A DNA stretch of 64,000 nucleotides from Candidatus Omnitrophota bacterium (lineage in GTDB: Bacteria; Omnitrophota; Gorgyraeia; Zapsychrales; Fredricksoniimonadaceae). The stretch lies in NCBI GenBank assembly GCA_903944345.1, contig CAJARJ010000019.1, positions 7,480 through 71,479 on the forward strand, written 5' to 3'. Below are positions 32,297 to 41,066 of the stretch, piece by piece. A program made the position numbers and the translations under genes. Within the stretch, counting starts at the first letter, position 1. Every line of letters starts with the position of its first letter. The notes under the pieces were generated by a model, which did not search any database, was not told the DNA's origin, and was given only the letters and a program-made list of their open reading frames with translations.

Positions 32297-32503
32297 ATGA
32301 AGTTAAGGAATAAAAGAGGTCAAGGAACACTCGAGTATGTGATCTTGGTCACAGCAGTAATCGTTGTAGTTATTTATTTTCTTATGGGAACAGGTCAGGG
32401 GTCATTCCAGAACACAATGAATGGTGCATTAAACGAGGCCACTGAAGGAATGTCCACGATGTCCGGTCGTTTTGATGCGGCGTTTGCTCCTCCGGCCCCT
32501 TGA
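32297..32503 (+). CDS. Pilin-like protein 2 (Flp-like, type A)
   Basis: KRG|QGTLEYVILVTAV; strong SD AAGGAGG. Confidence 0.88.
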   Translation: MKLRNKRGQGTLEYVILVTAVIVVVIYFLMGTGQGSFQNTMNGALNEATEGMSTMSGRFDAAFAPPAP

Positions 32504-32554
32504 GGTTGTGAAGAGTTGACAGAAAGAACAGAATGGCTCAACTGGAGGTAAATC

Positions 32555-32947
32555 ATGTTAAAGGTGTTAAGAAATAAAAAGGCTCAGAATACGGCGGAAT
32601 ACGCCATTCTGATCGCTTTGGTTGTTGGCGCTGTGGTCGCCATGCAGTCTTACGTTCAGCGCGGACTGCAGGCTAGAACACGAGGAACTTCATTGTATAT
32701 GAGAGACGAGATCTCAAATGCGATGAAAGCGGCCGATGCCAGTATGGCCGCCAGTATCGGTAATACCGGGCAGTACAATCCGTATTATCTGGATCAGCAG
32801 TATGAAACGACTCGCGATAGTGAAGAGACTGCAACTGCGGCTCCTTCCAATATCGTGTTGACGGGAACGTCAAATAAGTCTCGTGCTGCCGCCGGATATG
32901 ATGCGACTCTATATAATGGGGATGTAGGCGCAACGGGTCAGGATTAA
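32555..32947 (+). CDS. Pilin-like protein 3 (type B)
   Basis: KKA|QNTAEYAILIALVVGAV...QYNPYY. Confidence 0.88.
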   Translation: MLKVLRNKKAQNTAEYAILIALVVGAVVAMQSYVQRGLQARTRGTSLYMRDEISNAMKAADASMAASIGNTGQYNPYYLDQQYETTRDSEETATAAPSNIVLTGTSNKSRAAAGYDATLYNGDVGATGQD

Positions 32948-32976
32948 AAAGCAGGTATTAAACAGGAGAGAAAATA

Positions 32977-33303
32977 ATGAGTATAAGAACAAAAAACAAT
33001 AAGGGACAAACGACCCTGGAGTATATCATCCTGATCGTTATTATCATTGCCGCCCTGTTGACTATACAAGGGTATCTCAAACGCGGCATTCAGGGGCGTC
33101 TGCGCAGTTCAGCGGACGATATTGGTGAGCAGTATGAATCGACAGCCACTAATCATACAAGAACAACGCGAGTTGCCTCTGTTACCAATGAGCGAACGAC
33201 ACAGGCCGGGGAATTCACCGGGTTTATTGGCCAGGAAAACAAGACAGTTGACGAATCTTATAACACGGCTAATGCAGAAATTGTGTACATGCCGGCGCCC
33301 TAA
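32977..33303 (+). CDS. Pilin-like protein 4 (type C)
   Basis: NKG|QTTLEY...YLKRGIQGRLRSSADDIGEQY. Confidence 0.88.
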   Translation: MSIRTKNNKGQTTLEYIILIVIIIAALLTIQGYLKRGIQGRLRSSADDIGEQYESTATNHTRTTRVASVTNERTTQAGEFTGFIGQENKTVDESYNTANAEIVYMPAP

Positions 33304-33318
33304 TCAGGAGAGAAACGC

Positions 33319-33501
33319 ATGAAAACAAACAAAGGTCAAAGTACTCTTGAATATGTACTGTTAGTGACAGCAGTTCTGGTGGTCATTATAGGTTGGGTGG
33401 CAGGGCCGGCATCTCCTTTCAAGCAGGCGGTCAACAATACCTTGTATGACGCATCAAATCAAATTGAGTCCATGTCCCAGCGCATTATGGCGGGGAAATA
33501 G
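33319..33501 (+). CDS. Pilin-like protein 5 (Flp-like, type A)
   Basis: NKG|QSTLEYVLLVTAV. Confidence 0.87.
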   Translation: MKTNKGQSTLEYVLLVTAVLVVIIGWVAGPASPFKQAVNNTLYDASNQIESMSQRIMAGK

Positions 33502-33521
33502 TTGTATAACGAGGAGGATCT

Positions 33522-33887
33522 ATGTTAAAAAGAACTCGCGATCGCAAAGGCCAGAATACGGCGGAATACGCGATCCTGATTGCGCTGGTTGTTGGAGCGG
33601 TTATTGCGATGCAGACTTACGTGCAGCGCGCCTTGAACGGACGGGTTTTTGATACGACCAAATATATGGCCGATAAAACCGCAGAAGTTACAGGAAACGG
33701 GTATCAGTATGAGCCGTATTATACAAATTCGGATTATCAGGTGGATAAAAACACTGGAGAAATCCGTAATCAGTATAATGCCGAGATTGGGATGTATTCG
33801 ACAGCTGAAACATTAAGAGCTGGTAATGAGGTGTCGGATTTTAACCGAGATGGCCTTACGGATTACGGTGACGTAGTTGTTCCGTAA
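33522..33887 (+). CDS. Pilin-like protein 6 (type B)
   Basis: RKG|QNTAEYAILIALVVGAV...QYEPYY. Confidence 0.88.
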   Translation: MLKRTRDRKGQNTAEYAILIALVVGAVIAMQTYVQRALNGRVFDTTKYMADKTAEVTGNGYQYEPYYTNSDYQVDKNTGEIRNQYNAEIGMYSTAETLRAGNEVSDFNRDGLTDYGDVVVP

Positions 33888-33915
33888 TTTAATGGAAATT
33901 ATCAGGAGGCATTGC

Positions 33916-34245
33916 ATGAGAATCAATCTAAAAGGAAAAAACGGGCAAACAACCCTTGAGTACGCGATTTTGGTTATGATTATTATTGGCGCTTTGTTGA
34001 CGATTCAGGCCTACATCAAGCGCGGTATTCAGGGGCGGGTCAAAAGTTCGGCGGATGATATCGGCGAGCAATACGATCCGGGTAACACAAATTATGTTAA
34101 GGTAACTAATTCGATATCCAATACCCGCCAGACGTTTAATTCCGGTATTTCACGTTCGGAGTTAACGGCGGCGGATACGGTGGATGTTTCGACCTTCCAG
34201 GAGATAAGTAATCTGGAGTCGGGTGGTTATTGGGGAACACCGTAA
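33916..34245 (+). CDS. Pilin-like protein 7 (type C)
   Basis: KNG|QTTLEY...YIKRGIQGRVKSSADDIGEQYDP; start moved to ATG 33916 after SD AGGAGG. Confidence 0.88.
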   Translation: MRINLKGKNGQTTLEYAILVMIIIGALLTIQAYIKRGIQGRVKSSADDIGEQYDPGNTNYVKVTNSISNTRQTFNSGISRSELTAADTVDVSTFQEISNLESGGYWGTP

Positions 34246-34274
34246 TACGGTTTGGCTTTAGAGCCTTCAGGCTT

Positions 34275-34319
34275 TAAACATCAATGCCGGTTCCGTGACG
34301 GAACCGGCATTGATGTTTA
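34275..34319. repeat. Perfect 21-bp inverted repeat inside the pilin array
   Basis: TAAACATCAATGCCGGTTCCG-tga-CGGAACCGGCATTGATGTTTA. Confidence 0.92.
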
Positions 34320-34330
34320 GAAAGAAAAAT

Positions 34331-34681
34331 ATGATTAAGATGTTTCACGGACAACGCGGTCAGAGTGTGGCAACAGAATATGTTGTCATTTTTTTTCTGG
34401 CGATTGCCGCGGTGGCTGCAATGGCCATGTATGTCCGGCGCGCGTTTCAGGGGCGGGTTTATGATGCGAGAATGTATACAATGCAGAAAGCTGCCCAGGC
34501 TTTGGGAGAGTCGGTTCCTTTTGAGTATGAGCCATATTATGCCCAGACGGATAGCAATCTGGCCAAAAGAGCGGATGAAATGACGAGCATTAGTGGTGCT
34601 GAGGTTGTTCTGCGGACGTCTTTCGAAGCTACCACCACGAATAGTCATAGCGTGCAAAGGCAACCGGACAGAGGAATTTAG
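34331..34681 (+). CDS. Pilin-like protein 8 (type B-like)
   Basis: QRG|QSVATEY (E at +6)...YVRRAFQGRV...EYEPYY; start placed at the first ATG outside the hairpin. Confidence 0.83.
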   Translation: MIKMFHGQRGQSVATEYVVIFFLAIAAVAAMAMYVRRAFQGRVYDARMYTMQKAAQALGESVPFEYEPYYAQTDSNLAKRADEMTSISGAEVVLRTSFEATTTNSHSVQRQPDRGI

Positions 34682-34707
34682 TCGAAATTGCTGTCGGGGG
34701 AAGCGAG

Positions 34708-35061
34708 ATGTTAAAAAAGAAACGTGCCCAGTCACTGGCTGAATACTCGATGTTAACCAGTATTATTGTGGCGGCTATTGTGGTTGTTTATCCGCTGGTC
34801 AAGCGCGGGCACCAGAGTTTGATTAAAGTGGTGGCTGATCAGGTTGGAAGCCAGAGGGATGCTGAGCAGGACTTTTCGCGAGGCTCTTCTTATCTGGCCT
34901 GTTCGGAAACTCGATATAACAGCCGCATTGGTGATGTAGTTCAGGAGGATGGGTACATAGACGGATCGGGAACTGCGCATTTTGCTTATATCCGAACTTA
35001 TGACCAGTCAACCAACAGTTCGAGTATTGAGATTACAAACATGGAGCATGATACGCAATGA
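34708..35061 (+). CDS. Pilin-like protein 9
   Basis: KRA|QSLAEYSMLTSIIVAAIVVV...VKRG..ADQVGSQ. Confidence 0.83.
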   Translation: MLKKKRAQSLAEYSMLTSIIVAAIVVVYPLVKRGHQSLIKVVADQVGSQRDAEQDFSRGSSYLACSETRYNSRIGDVVQEDGYIDGSGTAHFAYIRTYDQSTNSSSIEITNMEHDTQ

Positions 35062-35390
35062 TCAGGCGCACAAATCAAGACGGACAGACAATTCTTGAGT
35101 ATTCGATCATCATGATTATTGTGATAGCTACTCTTATCACTATGCAGGGCTATATCAAGCGCGGCTTTCAGGGACGCTGGAAATCGGCAGTGGACGATCT
35201 TGGGGAGCAGTATGACCCCCGCGCGGTTTGCAGTACGATTGTTTATTCACAGTCCTCTAATTCAGTTGCCAGTGTTCGCGTGATGGATCATACATCCCAG
35301 AGTGGAATATCGGGCAAGTATACTATACGCAACGATCAGGTGCAGTCTTCAGAGACTAAAACCGGGACAACGGAAGTTCGCCGTCCCTAG
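35058..35390 (+). CDS. Pilin-like protein 10 (type C)
   Basis: QDG|QTILEY...YIKRGFQGRWKSAVDDLGEQYDP. Confidence 0.86.
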   Translation: MIRRTNQDGQTILEYSIIMIIVIATLITMQGYIKRGFQGRWKSAVDDLGEQYDPRAVCSTIVYSQSSNSVASVRVMDHTSQSGISGKYTIRNDQVQSSETKTGTTEVRRP

Positions 35391-35402
35391 CGGAAAGATA
35401 TT

Positions 35403-36659
35403 ATGGGGGATGTTCGTAAAAGTTCAGACTGGCGCAAGGCTCAGGCGACCATTGAAATAGCAGCTTTTGGGGCTATTGTTATTTTTATTATTGGATTGAT
35501 TGTTCAGCAAGGATACAGTTCTACCCAACAGCAGAATATACAGCTACAGGCGCTAAGGATAGCGTTGCTAAAGTCTTATGAGAGTTCGCTGCAGGGCAGT
35601 TCGGCCCGTAATTCGGGGAGTTTTATGCTGATTGAGGATCGGCTTTCTCCGGCGGTGGGGAAATATGGCCCGCTGGATCGGCAGGTTTTTATGTCGAGTG
35701 GATCCGGTGTTATGAGCTATTTGTTGTTTCGTCCGATTGATTGGGAAGATTTGCCCAGAGACCTTCCGCTAACGGATGTTAGCGTTAACGGGCAGGATTT
35801 TGTTTTCAGAACAGCTGCTGCCGTCAAGTATACGATTAATCCAGGCTCAATTGTTGCCAATGATAGCATCACCATGCAATCGGGATCTGATCCTGATGCG
35901 GCCAGATTAAGCGAGGAAGGACTATGGGCCTGGCAGAGCATCGTCAAGTATAGCGAAGATTGGACCGGAAGTGCGGACTGTTCCAATATGCGCCGGAATG
36001 CAGCTAAAGAGAAGCCCTGTTCGGCTGCTGTGCAGGACAAGATTCCTTGGAAATGGAAAAAGGTTTCCTGGGGAGAGGCGGCTTCCGAGATTAATCTGGA
36101 TGACGGGGTTTACCCGAGTTACGATATTGATGGCGACCGTAGCGAAGAAACTCTTTACAAGATGAGCGGCAATACGGTATGGGTGATTGATTGGAACGCA
36201 GGTGATGTTGACAACAGTGCGGATGAATGGGAGTTTGCGGACGAAGAAGATATCCCCGGACTCAAAGACACAATGGAAATTGTCTCCATGCCGCTTTATC
36301 CCGGTGATCGTAACACATTGGAGATCAGGGAAAACGGAGCTTCCAGCCGAGCGACCAGCCTCAGCAGTAAAAGCCAGATGGATATTATTACCCGCAAGTT
36401 TGTGATGAATCCGCGCATGATCGGAGGAGGGACGCTTTGCTCAGGCGGCACACCTACCCAAGGATCAGTCGAAGCCTGCTGTCAGGGAGAGGGGTGTTGC
36501 TCTTCAGCTGACAATGCTTATAAAACCTGTTTTCAGTATGTTGACGGTTATGGCAGGAAGGTTCTTTATATTCGTAGCCGCATTCAAGATGAACGAAAGA
36601 GCGGATGGACGACTCCGGTGGTTCCGGCGGATATTGGAGATCGGACGATTTTCAAGTAA
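35403..36659 (+). CDS. Large minor pilin-like protein 11 (418 aa, Cys/Trp/Asp-rich)
   Basis: RKA|QATIEIAAFGAIVIFIIGLIV; YDIDGDRSEE Ca-binding-like loop and CC pairs. Confidence 0.8.
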   Translation: MGDVRKSSDWRKAQATIEIAAFGAIVIFIIGLIVQQGYSSTQQQNIQLQALRIALLKSYESSLQGSSARNSGSFMLIEDRLSPAVGKYGPLDRQVFMSSGSGVMSYLLFRPIDWEDLPRDLPLTDVSVNGQDFVFRTAAAVKYTINPGSIVANDSITMQSGSDPDAARLSEEGLWAWQSIVKYSEDWTGSADCSNMRRNAAKEKPCSAAVQDKIPWKWKKVSWGEAASEINLDDGVYPSYDIDGDRSEETLYKMSGNTVWVIDWNAGDVDNSADEWEFADEEDIPGLKDTMEIVSMPLYPGDRNTLEIRENGASSRATSLSSKSQMDIITRKFVMNPRMIGGGTLCSGGTPTQGSVEACCQGEGCCSSADNAYKTCFQYVDGYGRKVLYIRSRIQDERKSGWTTPVVPADIGDRTIFK

Positions 36660-36682
36660 GAGGTTCGTAAAGGGGAGCGGTT

Positions 36683-36925
36683 ATGCTGGATCATATTCCG
36701 AAATCAAACCATTCGTGCGTCGGGCAGAGCACTGTGGAGTTCTGTTTCGGACTTTTTATTGTGTTGTTGCTTTTTTTTGCCCTGGTTCAGGCTGTACGGT
36801 GGGTGGTTCTGGAGAAGATCGAGTTGCGAGTTGATTTTGAACGTTCCTTGCAGACAGGCAGTGGAGCGTATCAGCAGCTGAATCCGCACTTTCATCGATT
36901 GCGGCCTTTGGACATGGAATATTAG
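36683..36925 (+). CDS. TadE-like minor pilin 12
   Basis: VG|QSTVEFCFGLFIVLLLFFALV. Confidence 0.78.
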   Translation: MLDHIPKSNHSCVGQSTVEFCFGLFIVLLLFFALVQAVRWVVLEKIELRVDFERSLQTGSGAYQQLNPHFHRLRPLDMEY

Positions 36926-36956
36926 CGGCGGCATTTAACCCCGGGTGGTTTGTTTT

Positions 36957-39773
36957 ATGAAAAAAATAATGATGGATAACAGGGGGCAGATGGCGCTGTT
37001 GATGGTTTTGGTTGCTGCCATAGCGCTGGTGTGCCTGGCCATGACTCTGAATCTCACCCGGGTGGCGGCCACAAAAACGTTGACCATGATTGCAGCCCAT
37101 CAGGCATCTTCTTACACAGCTTCGCAAATGGCCAGCTATGCTCAGATGCAGAAAGAAACACAACTCGGAGGAAAGCAGAAAGTTTGTAAGAACACAGGAC
37201 TGCTGTCTTCTTTGTTGACATTTATTATTGTTCTGGTGATTGCGGTGATTGTGACGGTAGCTTCATATGGAACTGCGGGTCCTTCGATGTGGACTGTTGT
37301 TGCTGCGTGGGCAGCTGTAGCTATTTCGGCGGCCTCGGTGGTGTTGCAGGCTACGGTTATTCAGCCCGGATTGACCAAAATGTGGAATAAATTGCAGATG
37401 ACGATAGCAACGACGGAGGATCGTTTTCTGGAGATGGGACTGCAGGTGGCGCTTTCCGGAGCGGTGAGCGATAGTGAGCAAATTCCGGATTATTATGATT
37501 ATAATATGAACGGGGTGATATGGGATGGAGATATAAATTCTGATGAGCAGGATCAGATTTCCCGATTTTCTTATTACTACACGAAACATTTGCTGGATGC
37601 TTCGGCGGAATATGCTTCTTCAGGTGGCGTGGCCGGCATTAATCAGATGAAAACCATTTTAGGGGAGATTCGGGAGTCCTTTGGCCTTGAGATTGATCAT
37701 GGTTGTTGTGCAGACAAGGGGTATCACCCCGCTTTATGTAATCCATGTTGTGTCAGCAAGGAGTTGCGTCCGGGGTCCTGTCACCCGGAGATAGCTGATC
37801 CTGAGCTTTTTCCGGATGTCCCCTCCGAATGTATGGCTGGGGTCATGCCCTACTATCCGTTGAATTACGATCCTCTTTTTTGTAAGCGTATCCCTGATTC
37901 TTCCGTACCTGAGAGTGATCCCAAAAATAATACCATGGCTGCGGTGATGGGGATGGATGATGGAAATATGTCCATGACCAGGGTCTTTCCTAATCAGGCG
38001 TACTCAAGAGAAGCTTTGGACTCGATCAGAAACATGTTTCGTGGTGAGGATAGTGACGGCAAGCTGTTTCCGTTGTTATGGATGAATGCCGACGGCGCTC
38101 CTGAAACGTATAATCTTCGGGCCTCCGATATTACGGAGGCGTCGGCTAATTGTCATTGGTGTTCGGCGGATGGAGGGTTACCCAAGTGTGACAATGCGGG
38201 CAGTAATTATCATTATTGGAGAAATCCGTACACTGGGGCGGCTTTTACCCAGTTGGATCTGGGGGATCCGGTTTGTTCCGGGGACGGTTGCTGCGTTAAC
38301 AGACTTGTTCAGACAAGCGGTTCTTTACATGGCTTGCAAATGGACAAGGTTCAGGGTCTGGAAAGTGTCAGGAATTTCTCCGGACATGAAAGTTTTTTTG
38401 AAGAAGATCCTCCGGATGCAGATTGTCCCGGTAGTAGTGGTTTATGGCGCAAAGGATCAGACTTGTACTGTTCTTCGACCATTCCCTACTATGCCAATTG
38501 TTCCAAAGTTCAGGGCATGAGTTGTCAGGAAGAATATTCCGAAGATTCATGTGAGTGCAGTGAGTCCTTGAGGAAGGATATCTGGCGGGATGATGATCTG
38601 GATGATTTTACCGTCTGGCTGCGACAGGCGGCCACTTTAATTGATAGGTTTATGCAAACCAGCAGTCCGGCCTTGTTTGCCCAGATTGACGATTATTACG
38701 AAGACTTCACCAAACTTGTTGAAGAGTTGAGAGCCAAAAGAGGGCTCATGGAAGGTTGGCGGACGGGCTTTCAGCAGTGGCTGGATCGCACCGATTTCGC
38801 CGAAGGTGGTTTATGGTGCCTTCCAAATGATCCGAACACCTTGGCTATAGATGAGCGTGCCGCAGTGCTGGCTGCAGGACCATATGGTAGTGTTCAGTCT
38901 GTTGTTGCCTGCCTGGATTATAATAAAGATAATGCGGTTAAGCTGCAAACGTGTATTGACAATTCACAGACTTGTGCCAGCGGCCCGCGTCGCCTGGGTC
39001 CGGCCGGAGACCTGGAGTCGAACCAGAAGGCCGCCGTGAATGCCGATATCAAATTCCGCAAACGCTGGGAGTATTTAAGCGGGATTTATAATTTATCGGT
39101 CAGAGTACGCGACAGCCTGACCAGGGCTATTGATACGGTCGATGAATCCAGGTTGAACTCCTTGCTGTCCGCGCTGGAGAGTGTCAAGACGTCCTATGGA
39201 GCAGTCACGGGCAACAATTTTCTTATTTACGGCTGGAAAAGCGGGCAGGGAAAAGGCGGAAAATTGTGGCATGTGGTCAAGGCGGACTTATGGTTACCCA
39301 AGCGTTGTGATGGATTTGACTGTCGGGCTACACGTTTCCCATGGGTAAAAACTTATAAAAAGGGTTCTTTCAAGCGCTGTTACGAGTTATTTTCATATAA
39401 TGGTTGTGTGAAAACACTGGTTAAACGTTATGACGCTTCACCCAGAAGTCTTTATAATGAAAATGCCCAGTTTGGCAGTGGTTTGGCTGTATGGTTTCCT
39501 CGTAACAACAAAAACACAGGAAGCGCGACTATCAACGACGGACTGGATGAGTGTAATCAGGTTGAGTCAGGAGTGCCTTCAGGGGCTTTTATTCTTAGCA
39601 CACAGACCATGAGTTCAGCCCCAGCGGCTTGTCAGAATGCTCTGGCGGGAGCCCTCAGTTCTGCTACAACAGGAAGTGAGCTTTGTGCTGCTTATGAAAT
39701 GGTTGGCAGCGGTTATCAGGTAAGATTTCTGGACTGTAATCAGTGTGGCAGTGTAGATCCACATAATGACTAG
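36957..39773 (+). CDS. TadG-like large Cys-rich pilus-tip protein 13
   Basis: NRG|QMALLMVLVAAIALV (TadG-type, no E+5), an internal hydrophobic hairpin and about 35 Cys. Confidence 0.8.
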   Translation: MKKIMMDNRGQMALLMVLVAAIALVCLAMTLNLTRVAATKTLTMIAAHQASSYTASQMASYAQMQKETQLGGKQKVCKNTGLLSSLLTFIIVLVIAVIVTVASYGTAGPSMWTVVAAWAAVAISAASVVLQATVIQPGLTKMWNKLQMTIATTEDRFLEMGLQVALSGAVSDSEQIPDYYDYNMNGVIWDGDINSDEQDQISRFSYYYTKHLLDASAEYASSGGVAGINQMKTILGEIRESFGLEIDHGCCADKGYHPALCNPCCVSKELRPGSCHPEIADPELFPDVPSECMAGVMPYYPLNYDPLFCKRIPDSSVPESDPKNNTMAAVMGMDDGNMSMTRVFPNQAYSREALDSIRNMFRGEDSDGKLFPLLWMNADGAPETYNLRASDITEASANCHWCSADGGLPKCDNAGSNYHYWRNPYTGAAFTQLDLGDPVCSGDGCCVNRLVQTSGSLHGLQMDKVQGLESVRNFSGHESFFEEDPPDADCPGSSGLWRKGSDLYCSSTIPYYANCSKVQGMSCQEEYSEDSCECSESLRKDIWRDDDLDDFTVWLRQAATLIDRFMQTSSPALFAQIDDYYEDFTKLVEELRAKRGLMEGWRTGFQQWLDRTDFAEGGLWCLPNDPNTLAIDERAAVLAAGPYGSVQSVVACLDYNKDNAVKLQTCIDNSQTCASGPRRLGPAGDLESNQKAAVNADIKFRKRWEYLSGIYNLSVRVRDSLTRAIDTVDESRLNSLLSALESVKTSYGAVTGNNFLIYGWKSGQGKGGKLWHVVKADLWLPKRCDGFDCRATRFPWVKTYKKGSFKRCYELFSYNGCVKTLVKRYDASPRSLYNENAQFGSGLAVWFPRNNKNTGSATINDGLDECNQVESGVPSGAFILSTQTMSSAPAACQNALAGALSSATTGSELCAAYEMVGSGYQVRFLDCNQCGSVDPHND

Positions 39774-39793
39774 TCTGAGAGAGGCGGTTTAAA

Positions 39794-40168
39794 TTGTTTA
39801 ACAGACGCGCCTATTCGGTTCTGGAATATCTTGTCATTTTTGTTGTTGTTATTGCCGCTTTGCTGGTTTTGGGGTCGTATATTCATAGTGCCATGCAGGG
39901 GCAATTTCGCACTGCGGGGGCGACAATGGCTGATCTTCGCCAGCATGAAACATCAAGTCAGGACTGCGCCTATGACGATCAGCTTGGGATATGGTATTCT
40001 GTTGCTTGTGTTGATAACGGCTGGGGCACGAATTGCCGTTATGCGGGTGTTGATAATGTCAATATGCGCGCGGAGTGTCGCAGCAACCCCTGTAATGGGC
40101 AATGTCCATTCTCCTGTTGTCAGGAAAATGTGAAACGTAGTTGTGCGATGCCTTGTGCTCCTTCCTGA
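39794..40168 (+). CDS. Cys-rich pilin-like protein 14
   Basis: RRA|YSVLEYLVIFVVVIAALLVL...YIHSAMQGQF; Cys-rich C-terminus; TTG start after SD GAGG. Confidence 0.8.
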   Translation: MFNRRAYSVLEYLVIFVVVIAALLVLGSYIHSAMQGQFRTAGATMADLRQHETSSQDCAYDDQLGIWYSVACVDNGWGTNCRYAGVDNVNMRAECRSNPCNGQCPFSCCQENVKRSCAMPCAPS

Positions 40169-40219
40169 TAAGTGGCATGGATGTTGTCCTGAACAGCAGA
40201 AAAATTTACAAGGAGAAAC

Positions 40220-41065
40220 ATGTTAGCGGTCAGTCTGTTTCTGTTTTTTCTTAGCGTGATGATATCTGTTTATTACGTGATTCCTTTTGTTGTTAGAAGG
40301 ATTATTGAGGTCAACAAGAATCGCGCACGCAATTTTGCCCGGGACATGGATCGAACCATGTTAACCCAGGACATTCAAAAAGTTCGGGTTCTTTTTATTA
40401 TCGGACCTTTTGTTTGTGGAGCCGCCGGTTTTTTTCTGGGTGGAGTGATTGGTGTTCTGGTTGGATCAGCGGTCGGTTTTGTGATCCCCAGAACGTATGC
40501 GTCTATCTTGCAGGGTCAGAGACGGGAACAGTTTGAAAAACAACTGGTGGATGCCCTTATGATCATGTCCAGTTCGTTTCGGGGCGGCTTGAGTCTGGTT
40601 CAGTCTATGGAATCGGTAGTTGATGAAATGCCCGATCCTATCCGCCAGGAATTCGGGCTCGTTCTGGGCGAGAACAAGATTGGAGTTCTTTTGGATGACG
40701 CTTTCAATCGACTTTATAAACGTTTGCCGTCACCGCCATTACAGCAAATGATTAGTGCTATTTTGCTGGCACGCGAGACGGGCGGAAATCTGCCGGCTAT
40801 CTTTTCGCGAATTGTGAGCACTATACGTGAACGTCGAAAGATCGAGGATAATCTTAAAGTTCTGACTTTGCAGGGTAAGCTGCAGGCTTTTGTGATGAGC
40901 GGCTTGCCGGTAGGGTTCTTTTTTCTGGTCAATACAACCAATCCCAATTATTTTAAGATCATGACCAATACCGATACGGGGCGCATGCTGTTGGCGGTTT
41001 GTGCGTTTTTATGGGTTCTTGGAACTTTCATGATCATAAAGATCAGTACTATCAAGGAGGTCTGA
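40220..41065 (+). CDS. tadB: TadB (T2SSF-family) inner-membrane platform protein
   Basis: FEKQLVDAL..GLSLVQS..EMPDPIRQEF..ETGGNL..LTLQGKLQA. Confidence 0.92.
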   Translation: MLAVSLFLFFLSVMISVYYVIPFVVRRIIEVNKNRARNFARDMDRTMLTQDIQKVRVLFIIGPFVCGAAGFFLGGVIGVLVGSAVGFVIPRTYASILQGQRREQFEKQLVDALMIMSSSFRGGLSLVQSMESVVDEMPDPIRQEFGLVLGENKIGVLLDDAFNRLYKRLPSPPLQQMISAILLARETGGNLPAIFSRIVSTIRERRKIEDNLKVLTLQGKLQAFVMSGLPVGFFFLVNTTNPNYFKIMTNTDTGRMLLAVCAFLWVLGTFMIIKISTIKEV

Positions 41066-41066
41066 C

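Noticed and set aside
32297-35390. CRISPR array, DGR or shufflon explanation for the repeated pilin 5' ends
   Set aside because: The repeats are in-frame coding paralogy with synonymous differences. No cas, reverse transcriptase or recombinase gene and no inverted cassettes are present.
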